In this document: piece by piece, positions 10,883-20,191 of the stretch
Position numbering within the stretch: the stretch's first letter is position 1
Layout: each line of letters begins with the position of its first letter
DNA from: Nitrospirota bacterium
GTDB taxonomy: Bacteria; Nitrospirota; Thermodesulfovibrionia; UBA6902
DNA length: 64,000 nucleotides
NCBI GenBank assembly: GCA_016213935.1
Contig: JACQZG010000007.1
Span: 2,206 to 66,205, forward strand
Direction: 5' to 3'
Notes under the pieces: model-generated
Told to the model about the DNA's origin: nothing
What the model saw: only the letters and a program-made list of their open reading frames with translations
Databases searched by the model: none
Program-made: the position numbers and the translations under genes

Positions 10883-12876
10883 CTGTTTTCCGCATTAATG
10901 AGCTTCATGATATTGTAATTGCCGTCAGAGTAAACCACTCTGAATTTTTCCCTGGGCCTGCCGAACCATCCTCCGATATTGGCGAGCGCCTTCTTCTCCT
11001 TCTCTATCCATTCATCTTCTTTGGAAGCCTTCCTCAGCAAGACATAAGTGACATTATTCTCTTTAAGGCTTTTAAACCACTCAGCGTACTTTTCAGACTT
11101 TAAATATATTATCTTGTTAGAGAACCGGCTGTTCCAGAGGGGCGAGAGAAACAGGGGCTCAAATGTATAAGCAAGCGTCTCTCCTTCTGAGACATTGTCA
11201 TGTATCCATTTCCATTGGCTGTATTCCTGCTTAGCGTGAAGGTCTATATTAAAAGGCGCGTGCCTCGATATGGTCCGTTCACTCTGAGGCAGTTTCAGGA
11301 ACTCAATTATTTTATCAGGCATCACGCACGGCGAGTTCGCTGTGAGAAAGGTATATGAAACAAGCAGAAGGGCGGTAAGCCTGAGGGCTGAAGCCCTGCT
11401 TCCGAGGCGGTCAAGCACGAAACCGAAAGAGAGCGCCCCAAGCGCCACGATGAATATCACATACCTTGTATTCCAGTTCCTCGGGTGAGCGATAAAGACC
11501 GCGATGAGCAGAGCCGTTATAAAGAGCCAGTCGAATCTTTTTTTAACAATGGAGTAAAAGACGGCATAGGCAAGGCTCGGAAGAAAGAGGATGAACCATA
11601 AAGGGCCAAAGCCGCTCAGCCTTGAATCATAAAGATAATACTCTACCCTCTCCATCCAGACATAAAACAGGCTGATAACAGAAGAGGAGTTTTCTATAAG
11701 AGAAGGGGCAGGGTCTATCATCCCTTTATAAAGCCCCTTGAGGAGCGTCCTGTTAAAGACCGTTATCTCCATGGGATAAACAGGGTTGCCGTAAAGAACG
11801 GCGTTCTTTATGTACCAGTAGCTTCCGAGAAGGAGCATGGGAAGATAGAAATATATGCCATATAAGGCGAGGCTCTTTTTAAGAAGACGCTCTTTCCCCC
11901 GCATCTTCACGGCTTCCTGAACAGCGATGGCAAGCGAGATGATGATGACAAACAATGGCCCTGAGCCTTTTGAGCCGAAGAGGATCCCCGTACTGATGCC
12001 GGCAAGCAGGATGGGAACCTGCCTCTCAAAACCCGGTTCAGGGATTGAGGCAAGGCTCTTGAAACCGCTGTTTTCGTACAGAAGAAAATTTATCGCGGCA
12101 ATCAGAAGGACCGACACCGAGACATCGACATAATTTGTCGTGGATTGAAGAAGTATTATCGGCGTGAAGAAGAAGAGCAGGGATGAATACAGCGCATGCT
12201 TATCGTTTATCCTCAGCTTCACGGCGATGCTGTAGGTTGTGACGATTCCTATTATCGTAAAGGGAAGCTGGCTTAGGTCAGCGATGACATCGCTTTTGAG
12301 GAATATGACGTTCCAGAGGAAGAAGAGCTCCATGTTTTTCGGGAAGATATTTATAAATGTGTCTATCATAAAGTTCGCGGGATTCTCCTGAATAGCGCCG
12401 CTCTGCATTATCTGGCCGACTATCGGCAGATGGTACCAGAGGGCGTCCCACGTATAGGAAGGGAAGAGATAGCCGAGAAAAATAAGCCATGCGGTTTCTG
12501 ACAAAAAGAGGAGGAATATAATAAATAATATAAGGTCTGATTTTATAATTTTGAAAAGCCATGCGATCTTTTCTTTTGCTTCTTTCCATGCCTGCCCAAT
12601 CTGAAGGCCTTTATTTTTCAATGACAAAAATATGAAGACAATGGAGGATATCGAGCTGTTCAATATAAAAAGAGGGGCTGCGTGGAGTTGTTTGAAGATG
12701 ACGCCGAGCACAAGCTCTGTCGCTATTATCTGCGCCAGCGAAAGCATGAATGCCCCGATAAGCCTGTCGGCAAATGAAACAGAAGACCTTTTTCTGAAGA
12801 GGAAGAAGTGCCAGGACAAAGCAAGATAGAGATTTATCGCGGCAGCAAGCGGGAGGTCAATTGGCCTGATTTCCAT
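10879..12876 (-). CDS. Polytopic membrane protein, probable GT-C fold glycosyltransferase (ArnT/PMT-like)
   Basis: Many hydrophobic segments; WDALWYHLP loop after the first TM block; YWYIKNAVLYGNPVYP; RY motif; soluble C-terminal domain. Confidence 0.65.
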   Translation of the reverse strand: MEIRPIDLPLAAAINLYLALSWHFFLFRKRSSVSFADRLIGAFMLSLAQIIATELVLGVIFKQLHAAPLFILNSSISSIVFIFLSLKNKGLQIGQAWKEAKEKIAWLFKIIKSDLILFIIFLLFLSETAWLIFLGYLFPSYTWDALWYHLPIVGQIMQSGAIQENPANFMIDTFINIFPKNMELFFLWNVIFLKSDVIADLSQLPFTIIGIVTTYSIAVKLRINDKHALYSSLLFFFTPIILLQSTTNYVDVSVSVLLIAAINFLLYENSGFKSLASIPEPGFERQVPILLAGISTGILFGSKGSGPLFVIIISLAIAVQEAVKMRGKERLLKKSLALYGIYFYLPMLLLGSYWYIKNAVLYGNPVYPMEITVFNRTLLKGLYKGMIDPAPSLIENSSSVISLFYVWMERVEYYLYDSRLSGFGPLWFILFLPSLAYAVFYSIVKKRFDWLFITALLIAVFIAHPRNWNTRYVIFIVALGALSFGFVLDRLGSRASALRLTALLLVSYTFLTANSPCVMPDKIIEFLKLPQSERTISRHAPFNIDLHAKQEYSQWKWIHDNVSEGETLAYTFEPLFLSPLWNSRFSNKIIYLKSEKYAEWFKSLKENNVTYVLLRKASKEDEWIEKEKKALANIGGWFGRPREKFRVVYSDGNYNIMKLINAENR

Positions 12877-12914
12877 AATGAAGAAAAAATATTCCGAATA
12901 TGCCTATTGCCCGG

Positions 12915-13613
12915 CTATTCCCCGGTCAGTTCGTGAAAAATGCCGAACTCCTTTTCAGCCTTATCTTTCATTCCCCGGGCTTCATAAATAAGCCCCATGT
13001 CATAATGCGCAAACGGCAGGTCGCTTTTTGCCTTTACCGCTTTTTTGTATTCAGCCAGGGCATTATCCAAGTCGCCCCTTTGCCTGTAGATATACCCCAT
13101 GTCATAATGCGCGTAAGCAAGCCCGCTGTCCAGGCTGAGCGCCTTTTTATACTCTTCCATCGCATTATCCAGGTCGCCCCTTTGCCTGTAGATATACCCC
13201 ACGTCGTAATAGATATGAGGGTTTGCCGGGTTGATTTCCTTAACCTTGTTATACTGCCTCAAGGCATCTTCCGCTAACCCTTTTTCCTTATAAACATACG
13301 CGAGGTCATAATTTGCGTCAGGATGGTTAGGAAATATCTTAAGCAGTTCTTTGTATCTTTTTTCCGCCATATCGTAATTCTTCTTCTCTTTATAGATCAG
13401 CCCGAGCTGATAACGGGAATAAGCGTCGCCGGGATTAATCTCAACGGCTTTTGAATAGTTTTTTATGGCGGCATCGCCCTGAGCAAGGGTCTGAAAGAAG
13501 ATGCCTGCCAGGGTATATCTGTTTTGAATAGTGTAAAGCGCGAAGACAAGGACGAGCAAGCAGGTTAAGAGTAAGAGAAACAGCTTTATTTGGAAGCCCT
13601 TCTTATTGGCCAT
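12915..13613 (-). CDS. Membrane-anchored TPR protein
   Basis: N-terminal TM helix followed by 34-aa repeats (AHYDMGYIYRQRGDLDNA..EYKKA). Confidence 0.9.
   Translation of the reverse strand: MANKKGFQIKLFLLLLTCLLVLVFALYTIQNRYTLAGIFFQTLAQGDAAIKNYSKAVEINPGDAYSRYQLGLIYKEKKNYDMAEKRYKELLKIFPNHPDANYDLAYVYKEKGLAEDALRQYNKVKEINPANPHIYYDVGYIYRQRGDLDNAMEEYKKALSLDSGLAYAHYDMGYIYRQRGDLDNALAEYKKAVKAKSDLPFAHYDMGLIYEARGMKDKAEKEFGIFHELTGE
13060..13210. repeat. Near-identical direct repeat at 102-bp period within the TPR gene
   Basis: GCATTATCCA(A/G)GTCGCCCCTTTGCCTGTAGATATACCCCA at 13060 and 13162. Confidence 0.85.
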
Positions 13614-13621
13614 TTAATAAA

Positions 13622-13658
13622 TTTTAAGGCCGTCCCTTTTCAGGATACGGCCTCAAAA
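13622..13658. terminator. Hairpin with T/A tracts between the barrel-like and TPR genes
   Basis: TTTT-a-AGGCCGT...ACGGCCT-c-AAAA. Confidence 0.45.
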
Positions 13659-13687
13659 GTTATGCTTACACAATGTGTCCGGCACGA

Positions 13688-14698
13688 TTAATGCATATAC
13701 ACGAATGCGGCTGCGTAAGTAGTGCCTTCACCGGCATTTTTCGTCCTGAACCAGTCAAATCCGGCCACATCCCTGTTGAGAGAGAGGACAAGCTGTGTCT
13801 GCGGGGTAAGCGAGATAGCAAGCCCTACGCCGAGGTTTACCGCCTCCGGTTCAAGCCCGAGGGTGTCTTTTATCAGCTTGCGGTCGCCGTCTTCAGCCGC
13901 GCCTCCGTAATAAGTCATATAGGCATTAAGCAGTTCATCCGACACGTTGGCATTGCCGATCGATTTTGTATACTCAAGGCTTCCTCTCAATTCAACTTTG
14001 GGGTGCAAGGCATAACCTCCGCCGAGGAAGAACTTGATCTGGTCTGAATACCTGAAGTCATAAGATGTTGTCCTGTCAAGGTCCGGATTATTCGGATCCC
14101 AGGCATCTATGCTCCTATTCTCAAACTGATATTTATAGCCGAGGTTGCAGAGCAGATAGCCTTTGCCAATGCCCTTGCCGAACATGAAATCAAGCTTGGC
14201 GCTGTAATGGCCGTCCCCGTTGCTCAGGTGCGAGAGCGGAAACCCGTAGTCGTAGGCCTCGGGTATCGTAAATGTGCTCTGGATAGAGAACTGCGTATCG
14301 CCCAGTTTGAAGAGGTTGGGGGCAAGGTTGTATCTTAAACCGACGTCAATGTCGCCTATGCCGCTCGGCCCTCTTTCGCCCGCGTATTTGAGGGCATCAT
14401 CGGATGTCGGCTGTTTATAGGCAAAAGAGGTAAAAATGGTGAGAGTGTCGATCACGCCGTATTCAGTGTAAAACCCGACGTCTCTTGAACTGAATTTCGA
14501 TGACGGCCTTCTCTCCACCACGTCAGAGCCTTCATTCGCAACAGTTGAATATACATTTTTTGCGAGGTAGTAGCTGTATGTGAGCTGGTTGTATGAATGC
14601 CCTTTTGCCTGTGTCCATGCGGAATATGCGTTGCCGCTTTTGAGCAGGCCTGCCGCAAAAAGAATAAACAATAAAAGGTAAATTCTTTTCATTAACAT
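13688..14698 (-). CDS. Exported protein, probable outer-membrane beta-barrel
   Basis: Signal peptide (..AYS|AW), alternating aromatic strands, GIGDIDVGLRY motif seen in MetA-pathway-like barrels, C-terminal AAAFVYMH. Confidence 0.6.
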   Translation of the reverse strand: MLMKRIYLLLFILFAAGLLKSGNAYSAWTQAKGHSYNQLTYSYYLAKNVYSTVANEGSDVVERRPSSKFSSRDVGFYTEYGVIDTLTIFTSFAYKQPTSDDALKYAGERGPSGIGDIDVGLRYNLAPNLFKLGDTQFSIQSTFTIPEAYDYGFPLSHLSNGDGHYSAKLDFMFGKGIGKGYLLCNLGYKYQFENRSIDAWDPNNPDLDRTTSYDFRYSDQIKFFLGGGYALHPKVELRGSLEYTKSIGNANVSDELLNAYMTYYGGAAEDGDRKLIKDTLGLEPEAVNLGVGLAISLTPQTQLVLSLNRDVAGFDWFRTKNAGEGTTYAAAFVYMH

Positions 14699-14762
14699 AT
14701 ACCCCCTATGAAATAGTTTTCAATTATAAATTATTAAAATAAATATTACAATAATATCGTAA

Positions 14763-16277
14763 TCATGCGGCCATGGCAGCCTGCCTGCCGCCTTCATTGC
14801 TGCCAATCGTTTTATTGAAAGGCAAGCTGCTTCGTATTGCCTGCAAGATTGAGAGGAAGGCCACGTAAAAATATCCCATCTGAAAGATCATGAGAAACGG
14901 TATGGAAATATATATATGATTTTTATATGCAAAATATATATTAAATGTAAAGTAGATTCCTAACAAAAGTTCAAATATCACAAGAAAACTCATGTTCACC
15001 TTGTATTTTTTGTTCGCCCACATGTCATTCTTTTCTTCGATCATGTATTTTGGAGTGCGCCTGAATTCCGTCTCTTTATTGAAGGCCGCCTCAAGCACCG
15101 CCTTTGAATTGTTGACAGAGAGCCCTATCCCGAGCGACATGAGCATGGGAAGATAAAGAAGCCTTGACCTCCAGTCTTTGTACGCCTCTTTCTGTGAGCA
15201 GATGTAGAAGAAGGATATCCCAACCGTTGCCACAAGGAGGAAAGGGACATCGGTCACGAGCATCTGAAACCATCCGATATTGATCCTTGCGACCATGGAG
15301 GGATACATCAGAACTGAGAGCAGAAGCATGAGCAGATAAGAGACATTATTTGTGAGATGGAAAAATGCCTCAATCTTTACCTTCAAAGGCAAATCACTTT
15401 TTAATATGGCGGGCAGCAGTTTTTTGGCTGTCTGGATTGAACCCTTTGCCCACCTGTGCTGCTGGCTTTTGAATCCGTTTATCTCAACAGGAATTTCAGA
15501 AGGCGATATCTCATCTTTTAAAAATACGAATCTCCAGCCTTGCATCTGCGCCCTGTAACTCAGGTCGAGGTCTTCCGTGAGCGTGTCGTTCTGCCATCCG
15601 CCCGCGGAATATATAGCCTCTTTTCTCCATATGCCCGCCGTGCCGTTAAAGTTAAAGAACCTTCCTGACCAGTTCCTTCCCGCATGCTCAATGACAAAGT
15701 GGCCGTCAAGCATCATCGCCTCAATGCGCGAGAGGAATGAGTAGCCTCTGTTCAGGTATGTCCATCTCGTCTGAACCATTCCGACGGCCTTTTCGGAAAA
15801 ATAATGGATGGTCTTCATGAGCATATCGCTTTGAGGTACGAAATCAGCGTCAAATATCGCCACAAAGTCGCCTTTCGCAGCCTTCAGCCCTTCGGCCAAT
15901 GCGCCTGCCTTATAGCCTGTTCTGTGAGGACGGTGAAGATAGCTGATGTCATACCCCTTCTCCCTGAATTCATTGACGCATCTTTCAGCCAGTTCTTTTG
16001 TTTCATCTGTGGAGTCGTCAAGGACTTGTATGTCGAGCAGTTCCTTTGGATAATCTAAACCGCACGATGCGGTTATCAGCCTCCTTACGACATACATTTC
16101 GTTATAAACCGGAAGCTGGATAGTGACCTTGGGAAGGGCGTCTAACCTGCCTTTAAGCACAGGGCGGTCCTTCCGGTGCCTGTAATAAAGATAGACCATG
16201 AAATAACGGTGTGACGCATAGGTAAAGACCGTTATCAAAATAATAAAATATATAGTTAGGAATAGGTAAAGAAGCAT
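14763..16277 (-). CDS. Processive GT2 glycosyltransferase (cellulose-synthase-like, CslA-type)
   Basis: QVLDDS, GYKAGAL, FDADF, TEDLDL and QQHRW (D,D,D,QxxRW) with C-terminal TM helices; no PilZ domain seen. Confidence 0.88.
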   Translation of the reverse strand: MLLYLFLTIYFIILITVFTYASHRYFMVYLYYRHRKDRPVLKGRLDALPKVTIQLPVYNEMYVVRRLITASCGLDYPKELLDIQVLDDSTDETKELAERCVNEFREKGYDISYLHRPHRTGYKAGALAEGLKAAKGDFVAIFDADFVPQSDMLMKTIHYFSEKAVGMVQTRWTYLNRGYSFLSRIEAMMLDGHFVIEHAGRNWSGRFFNFNGTAGIWRKEAIYSAGGWQNDTLTEDLDLSYRAQMQGWRFVFLKDEISPSEIPVEINGFKSQQHRWAKGSIQTAKKLLPAILKSDLPLKVKIEAFFHLTNNVSYLLMLLLSVLMYPSMVARINIGWFQMLVTDVPFLLVATVGISFFYICSQKEAYKDWRSRLLYLPMLMSLGIGLSVNNSKAVLEAAFNKETEFRRTPKYMIEEKNDMWANKKYKVNMSFLVIFELLLGIYFTFNIYFAYKNHIYISIPFLMIFQMGYFYVAFLSILQAIRSSLPFNKTIGSNEGGRQAAMAA

Positions 16278-16402
16278 AAAAATAATTATATGATAAGGAG
16301 TTAGTTGACGGAATTATAACACAGGAAAATTTTTCTTAGCAATCTTTGTTGAATATATATTGCCGGGGATCTCCCTTAAAAAGTTCCGCGATTAAAAAAC
16401 GC

Positions 16403-16431
16403 TTGATTTTTGTATCCGCAGGCAATATAGT
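16403..16431 (+). promoter_or_regulatory. Sigma70-type promoter of arsR with an overlapping palindromic operator candidate
   Basis: TTGATT (16403) - 17 nt - TATAGT (16426), with TTTTTGT-N8-GCAATAT at 16407-16428. The ATG lies 8 nt past the -10 with no RBS, so the mRNA may be leaderless. Confidence 0.55.
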
Positions 16432-16439
16432 TATGGTAT

Positions 16440-16772
16440 ATGGATACTGAAAATATTTCTTATCTGAAATCATCGATCAAATGGACTGCCATTCTCAAAA
16501 CGCTTGCCGACGAAACACGGCTTCAGATAATCCACTGCCTCCTGAAGCAGGAAGCCTCTGTGCAGGATGTGGCAAACTCGCTGAATTTGAAGGTTTATAA
16601 TGTCTCCAAGCACCTTAAGATCCTTGAATCATCCGGCCTGGTTATCAAGAGAAAAGACGGCACACACCGCATTTACAGCATCTCGGAAAGCATAAAGGAC
16701 CACCTCTCCGAAGACAAACAGGTCCTTGACCTCGGCTGCTGCAAGTTCATCTTCTCCGGTTTGAATAAGTAA
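16440..16772 (+). CDS. ArsR/SmtB-family transcriptional regulator with C-terminal Cys-Cys
   Basis: LKTLADETRLQII, VSKHLKILESSGLV winged HTH; LDLGCC at residues 96-101. Confidence 0.92.
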   Translation: MDTENISYLKSSIKWTAILKTLADETRLQIIHCLLKQEASVQDVANSLNLKVYNVSKHLKILESSGLVIKRKDGTHRIYSISESIKDHLSEDKQVLDLGCCKFIFSGLNK

Positions 16773-16829
16773 TCTCTGTTATTTTATAAGGCCGTTTGTC
16801 TTTTACCCCGCGTTCGGCTAAATTAGACT

Positions 16830-19800
16830 ATGGCGCGCGGCAAGAGAAGATACGGCATGCTGATAGACCTTGATAAATGCGTCGGGTGCTACGCGTGCCA
16901 GGCCGCCTGCAAACTTGAGCATGGCATCCCGTTCGGCGTATTCCGCTGCAGGGTGGAGACATACTCCTCGGGCGGATTCCCTGACGTGAGAAAGGTATTT
17001 ATCCCGCGTCTGTGCAATCATTGCGATAATCCCCCGTGCATAAACGCGTGCAGTGAAAAGGCACTCGTAAAGAATCCGGACGGCATCGTCGAATTCAATA
17101 AAGAATTATGCGTCAACTGCGGCCTGTGCTATGAAAAATGTCCTTATAACGCCATTGATACAACCGGCAATGAACCGCAGAAATGTGATTTTTGCAAGGA
17201 GAGGCTCAGGGAAGGCGAGCTTCCAGCGTGCGTTAAAAGCTGCATGGGCAAGGCTATGCTCTTTGGTAACCTGCGTGACACCGGAAGCGGAATATCGGCC
17301 GCTCTCAGGAAAAACCGGCTTTCTGTCATCAGGTCTGAAGAAGAGACAGGGCCTTCTGTATTTTATATTCACAAGGGAGAGATTGAGTTTGCGCCGTTAG
17401 GCCGTTATGAGAAGAAAGAAGAGCCTGCTGCTCACGGCGCTCCATCAAAAAAGACGTCTTTTGAACATACGCCGAGCAAGAAACTCATAAACACCGCTGA
17501 TGTCATGTGCCCTTCCGAATGCGGCATATCGGTAGAAGTCGAAAACGGCATTGCAAAGAAGATTTACGGGAATCCGCATTCTCTCGTCAATAACGGGACG
17601 CTCTGCGCAAAAGGGGCGTCCGGGCTTCAGATGACCTATTCCCCCCACAGGATAAAGACGCCTCTCATGAGAACCGGAGAGAGGGGAGAGGATAGATGGA
17701 AGAGCATATCATGGGACGAGGCATTATCCTGTATTGCCGCGAAACTCGTAAGCATCAAGGAAAGATACGGCCATGAATCGGTCTTTCTCGATGTCGGCGA
17801 TGTTACTGACCGCGAGCCTTTTTACAGATTGTTTCACGCTTTTGGCACTCCCAACACCTTTAACCACGGAAGCATATGCGACCCTAACAGAAAGTGGGGG
17901 CAGTACATCATGCTTGGCGACGAAAGGCCGCTGCCCGACCTCCAGAGGCCCTTCCTCACCCGCGATGAGAATGGCGAGATTGTACTAAGGCAGGGACATG
18001 ACGCGAAGCTTGTGCTGAGCATCGGCTCAAACCCTTTTGTGGCGACAAGGTTCAATTACATGTCAAACGGCATTCCCGGGGCCAAATCGGGGAATGGCTG
18101 TAATTATATCGTCATTGACCCTGCTCACACGAACTCAGCCTCAAAGGCCGATATCTGGTCTCCTATCATTCCCGGCTCGGACGCGGCGCTGCTTGCGGGC
18201 ATACTTCATTACATAATCAAAGAGGATGACCCTTCAGACAAAGACAAAAAATACATTGACCATGAGTTTATTGAGAGATATACGACAGGATGGGATGACT
18301 TCAGGTACGCCTTTCTCCTTCAGGCTGAAAAGTCCGACACTTCCAACGGATACAAATTCTTTACCCCTGAATGGACTGAGGAAAAGACAGGCATAGCAAA
18401 AGAAAAGATGGAGCGCATCGCGCATCTTTCAGGCGTCACAAAACCGATGGCGGTTGAGATAGGGATGCACGGAACGGCTCATCACACGAACGGTGATGTG
18501 ACCTCAATACTGATGTCGGCAATCTGCCTCATAACCGGCAATATTGATGTTCCCGGCGGGGTTGTATTCATAGATTCGCAGAAGGCAAAGAAAGGCATTG
18601 CTGCTACAGGCAAAGCTTTTCTCGAGAGAGAGGTCAAAAGAAAGGTATCGGGCAAAAATGTAAAAGGCAAACTCTCGGAACTGAACAAAGACGGCTACGG
18701 CGATTATCCCGCAGCGTTTAAGGGCGTCCTTGCTGACCTGCCGCGAAAGATACGGGAGGGGGTCAAGCTTAAGCACGGGCCTTTCAAGGGGTATGAATAT
18801 CCCGTAAAGGCTTTTGTGACAAGGGCCGGCAATCCTGTAATAACTGCAGGCAGCGCGCCGGACTGGACAGAAGCGCTCACATTAAAGAGTTCAGACGGCG
18901 AATATAAACTTGAACTCATGGTCTTTATAGACACCCATATCAATGTCACGGGGAAATACGCGGACATCATTTTGCCCCAAGCAGGATATCTCGAAAGGAT
19001 GGGGCTTAGCGATGTATACACGATGAGCCCGGAGATCGCCCTGAGGGAGCAGGTGATAAAACCTCTTTATGAATCAAAGACGGATTTTGAGATTATGACA
19101 GCCTTATCCGAAGCCCTTATTCAAAACGGCGACCCTGATATAAAGAGGGATGACTTCAGCGGAAGGTATGAGAATGAAGAGAGCTTCATAAATGAGATGC
19201 TCGGCGATGCTCCAGGATTTCACAATATAGGAAGCCCGCTTCCGTATCCTGACATACCCGAGGGCGCTCTCATCCTCGGCAGGCCTGACAATCCGAGCGC
19301 CGTATGGGGCAAAAAAGTGATAAAAGAAGGGGCGCCTCTTACCGTGCAGTGGCTGCGGGACAACAACGGCGTGGCGGTATGGCCGGCGGGATATTACAGA
19401 TACAGGAAGGCTGATGGTACTCTGTCCGGGATATATCCGAAGACTCCGTCGAGAAAATTTGAATTCGGGTTCGGATATACCGAAGGCATCAACAGGCGCT
19501 TCAGCACTTCTTTGCCAACGACTTTCTACTGGGCAGAACCTAAATGGAATCCAAAGAATTCAGAGTATTCCGAACTTAATAAGGAATATCCGTTTCAGCT
19601 AATAAGCGGAAGGGTGCACCACTCGATGACAATGACGGCTGTCTGCCCCTATCTCGCTGAGACAGAGACCGAGTGCATGAAACTGATGAATGAGAAGCTT
19701 GATTATCATATCCCCGGCAATGCGGAAGTATCCCCGCTTTTCGGCCTCTCTGGCGGTAAAGATGTATATTTCAAAAAGGGGAGTGTCTCAATACCCGTGC

Positions 19801-20114
19801 TTGCCATCAACAGGGCTGACGGCGAAAGGCTCTCTATAAAGACAGGGGATATGGTAACTCTTCAGAATCCCCTCGGCAGGTCAGGCAAAGGCAGGGTTTA
19901 TTTGCCAGAGGAGATAATGCCGGGGGTTATAAAGACGTCTTTCGGCCCCGGAGGGCAGAAGGCTTCGGGCACAGGCCTTTTAAGCGGCGCCTCAAGCTAT
20001 ACAATAAACATAAATGAATTCACAGACCCTGAAAATATCAGCCCATATACGGGAATGCCCGGTTTCGGAGATATAATGGTAAAAATCATTAAAAGCGGGA
20101 ATGGAGATTCTTGA
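16830..20114 (+). CDS. Fused 4x[4Fe-4S] electron-transfer domain plus DMSO-reductase-family molybdopterin catalytic domain
   Basis: N-terminal CVGCYACQAAC, CNHCDNPPC, CVNCGLCYEKCP, KCDFC..PACVKSC (NrfC/PsrB-like), then DVMCPSEC..LCAKG, RIKTPLMR, ISWDEAL, NHGSICD, YADIILP and a C-terminal molydopterin dinucleotide-binding domain. No twin-arginine signal. Confidence 0.9.
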   Translation: MARGKRRYGMLIDLDKCVGCYACQAACKLEHGIPFGVFRCRVETYSSGGFPDVRKVFIPRLCNHCDNPPCINACSEKALVKNPDGIVEFNKELCVNCGLCYEKCPYNAIDTTGNEPQKCDFCKERLREGELPACVKSCMGKAMLFGNLRDTGSGISAALRKNRLSVIRSEEETGPSVFYIHKGEIEFAPLGRYEKKEEPAAHGAPSKKTSFEHTPSKKLINTADVMCPSECGISVEVENGIAKKIYGNPHSLVNNGTLCAKGASGLQMTYSPHRIKTPLMRTGERGEDRWKSISWDEALSCIAAKLVSIKERYGHESVFLDVGDVTDREPFYRLFHAFGTPNTFNHGSICDPNRKWGQYIMLGDERPLPDLQRPFLTRDENGEIVLRQGHDAKLVLSIGSNPFVATRFNYMSNGIPGAKSGNGCNYIVIDPAHTNSASKADIWSPIIPGSDAALLAGILHYIIKEDDPSDKDKKYIDHEFIERYTTGWDDFRYAFLLQAEKSDTSNGYKFFTPEWTEEKTGIAKEKMERIAHLSGVTKPMAVEIGMHGTAHHTNGDVTSILMSAICLITGNIDVPGGVVFIDSQKAKKGIAATGKAFLEREVKRKVSGKNVKGKLSELNKDGYGDYPAAFKGVLADLPRKIREGVKLKHGPFKGYEYPVKAFVTRAGNPVITAGSAPDWTEALTLKSSDGEYKLELMVFIDTHINVTGKYADIILPQAGYLERMGLSDVYTMSPEIALREQVIKPLYESKTDFEIMTALSEALIQNGDPDIKRDDFSGRYENEESFINEMLGDAPGFHNIGSPLPYPDIPEGALILGRPDNPSAVWGKKVIKEGAPLTVQWLRDNNGVAVWPAGYYRYRKADGTLSGIYPKTPSRKFEFGFGYTEGINRRFSTSLPTTFYWAEPKWNPKNSEYSELNKEYPFQLISGRVHHSMTMTAVCPYLAETETECMKLMNEKLDYHIPGNAEVSPLFGLSGGKDVYFKKGSVSIPVLAINRADGERLSIKTGDMVTLQNPLGRSGKGRVYLPEEIMPGVIKTSFGPGGQKASGTGLLSGASSYTININEFTDPENISPYTGMPGFGDIMVKIIKSGNGDS

Positions 20115-20141
20115 CAAAACTCTTTTTGCTTTGTGAAGATA

Positions 20142-20163
20142 TACTTGCACATGGCGGCAAGTA
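20142..20163. promoter_or_regulatory. Perfect palindrome TACTTGC-N8-GCAAGTA upstream of the ABC ATPase
   Basis: Read directly; it overlaps TATACT (20140) and lies downstream of TTGACA (20111). Confidence 0.55.
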
Positions 20164-20191
20164 ACCCACCGTTTTTACCGGAGAGTCAGTA

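Noticed and set aside
10710-10898. Plus-strand 62-aa ORF after purB
   Set aside because: It is antisense to the better-supported 52-aa minus-strand micro-protein.
13040-13240. Direct repeats as a possible CRISPR array
   Set aside because: The 102-bp period is in frame within a TPR gene and there are no unique spacers or cas genes.
16830-16860. KRR near the molybdoenzyme N-terminus as a Tat signal
   Set aside because: There is no S/T-RRxFLK context or hydrophobic region; it is the usual KRYGMLIDL start of Fe-S subunits.
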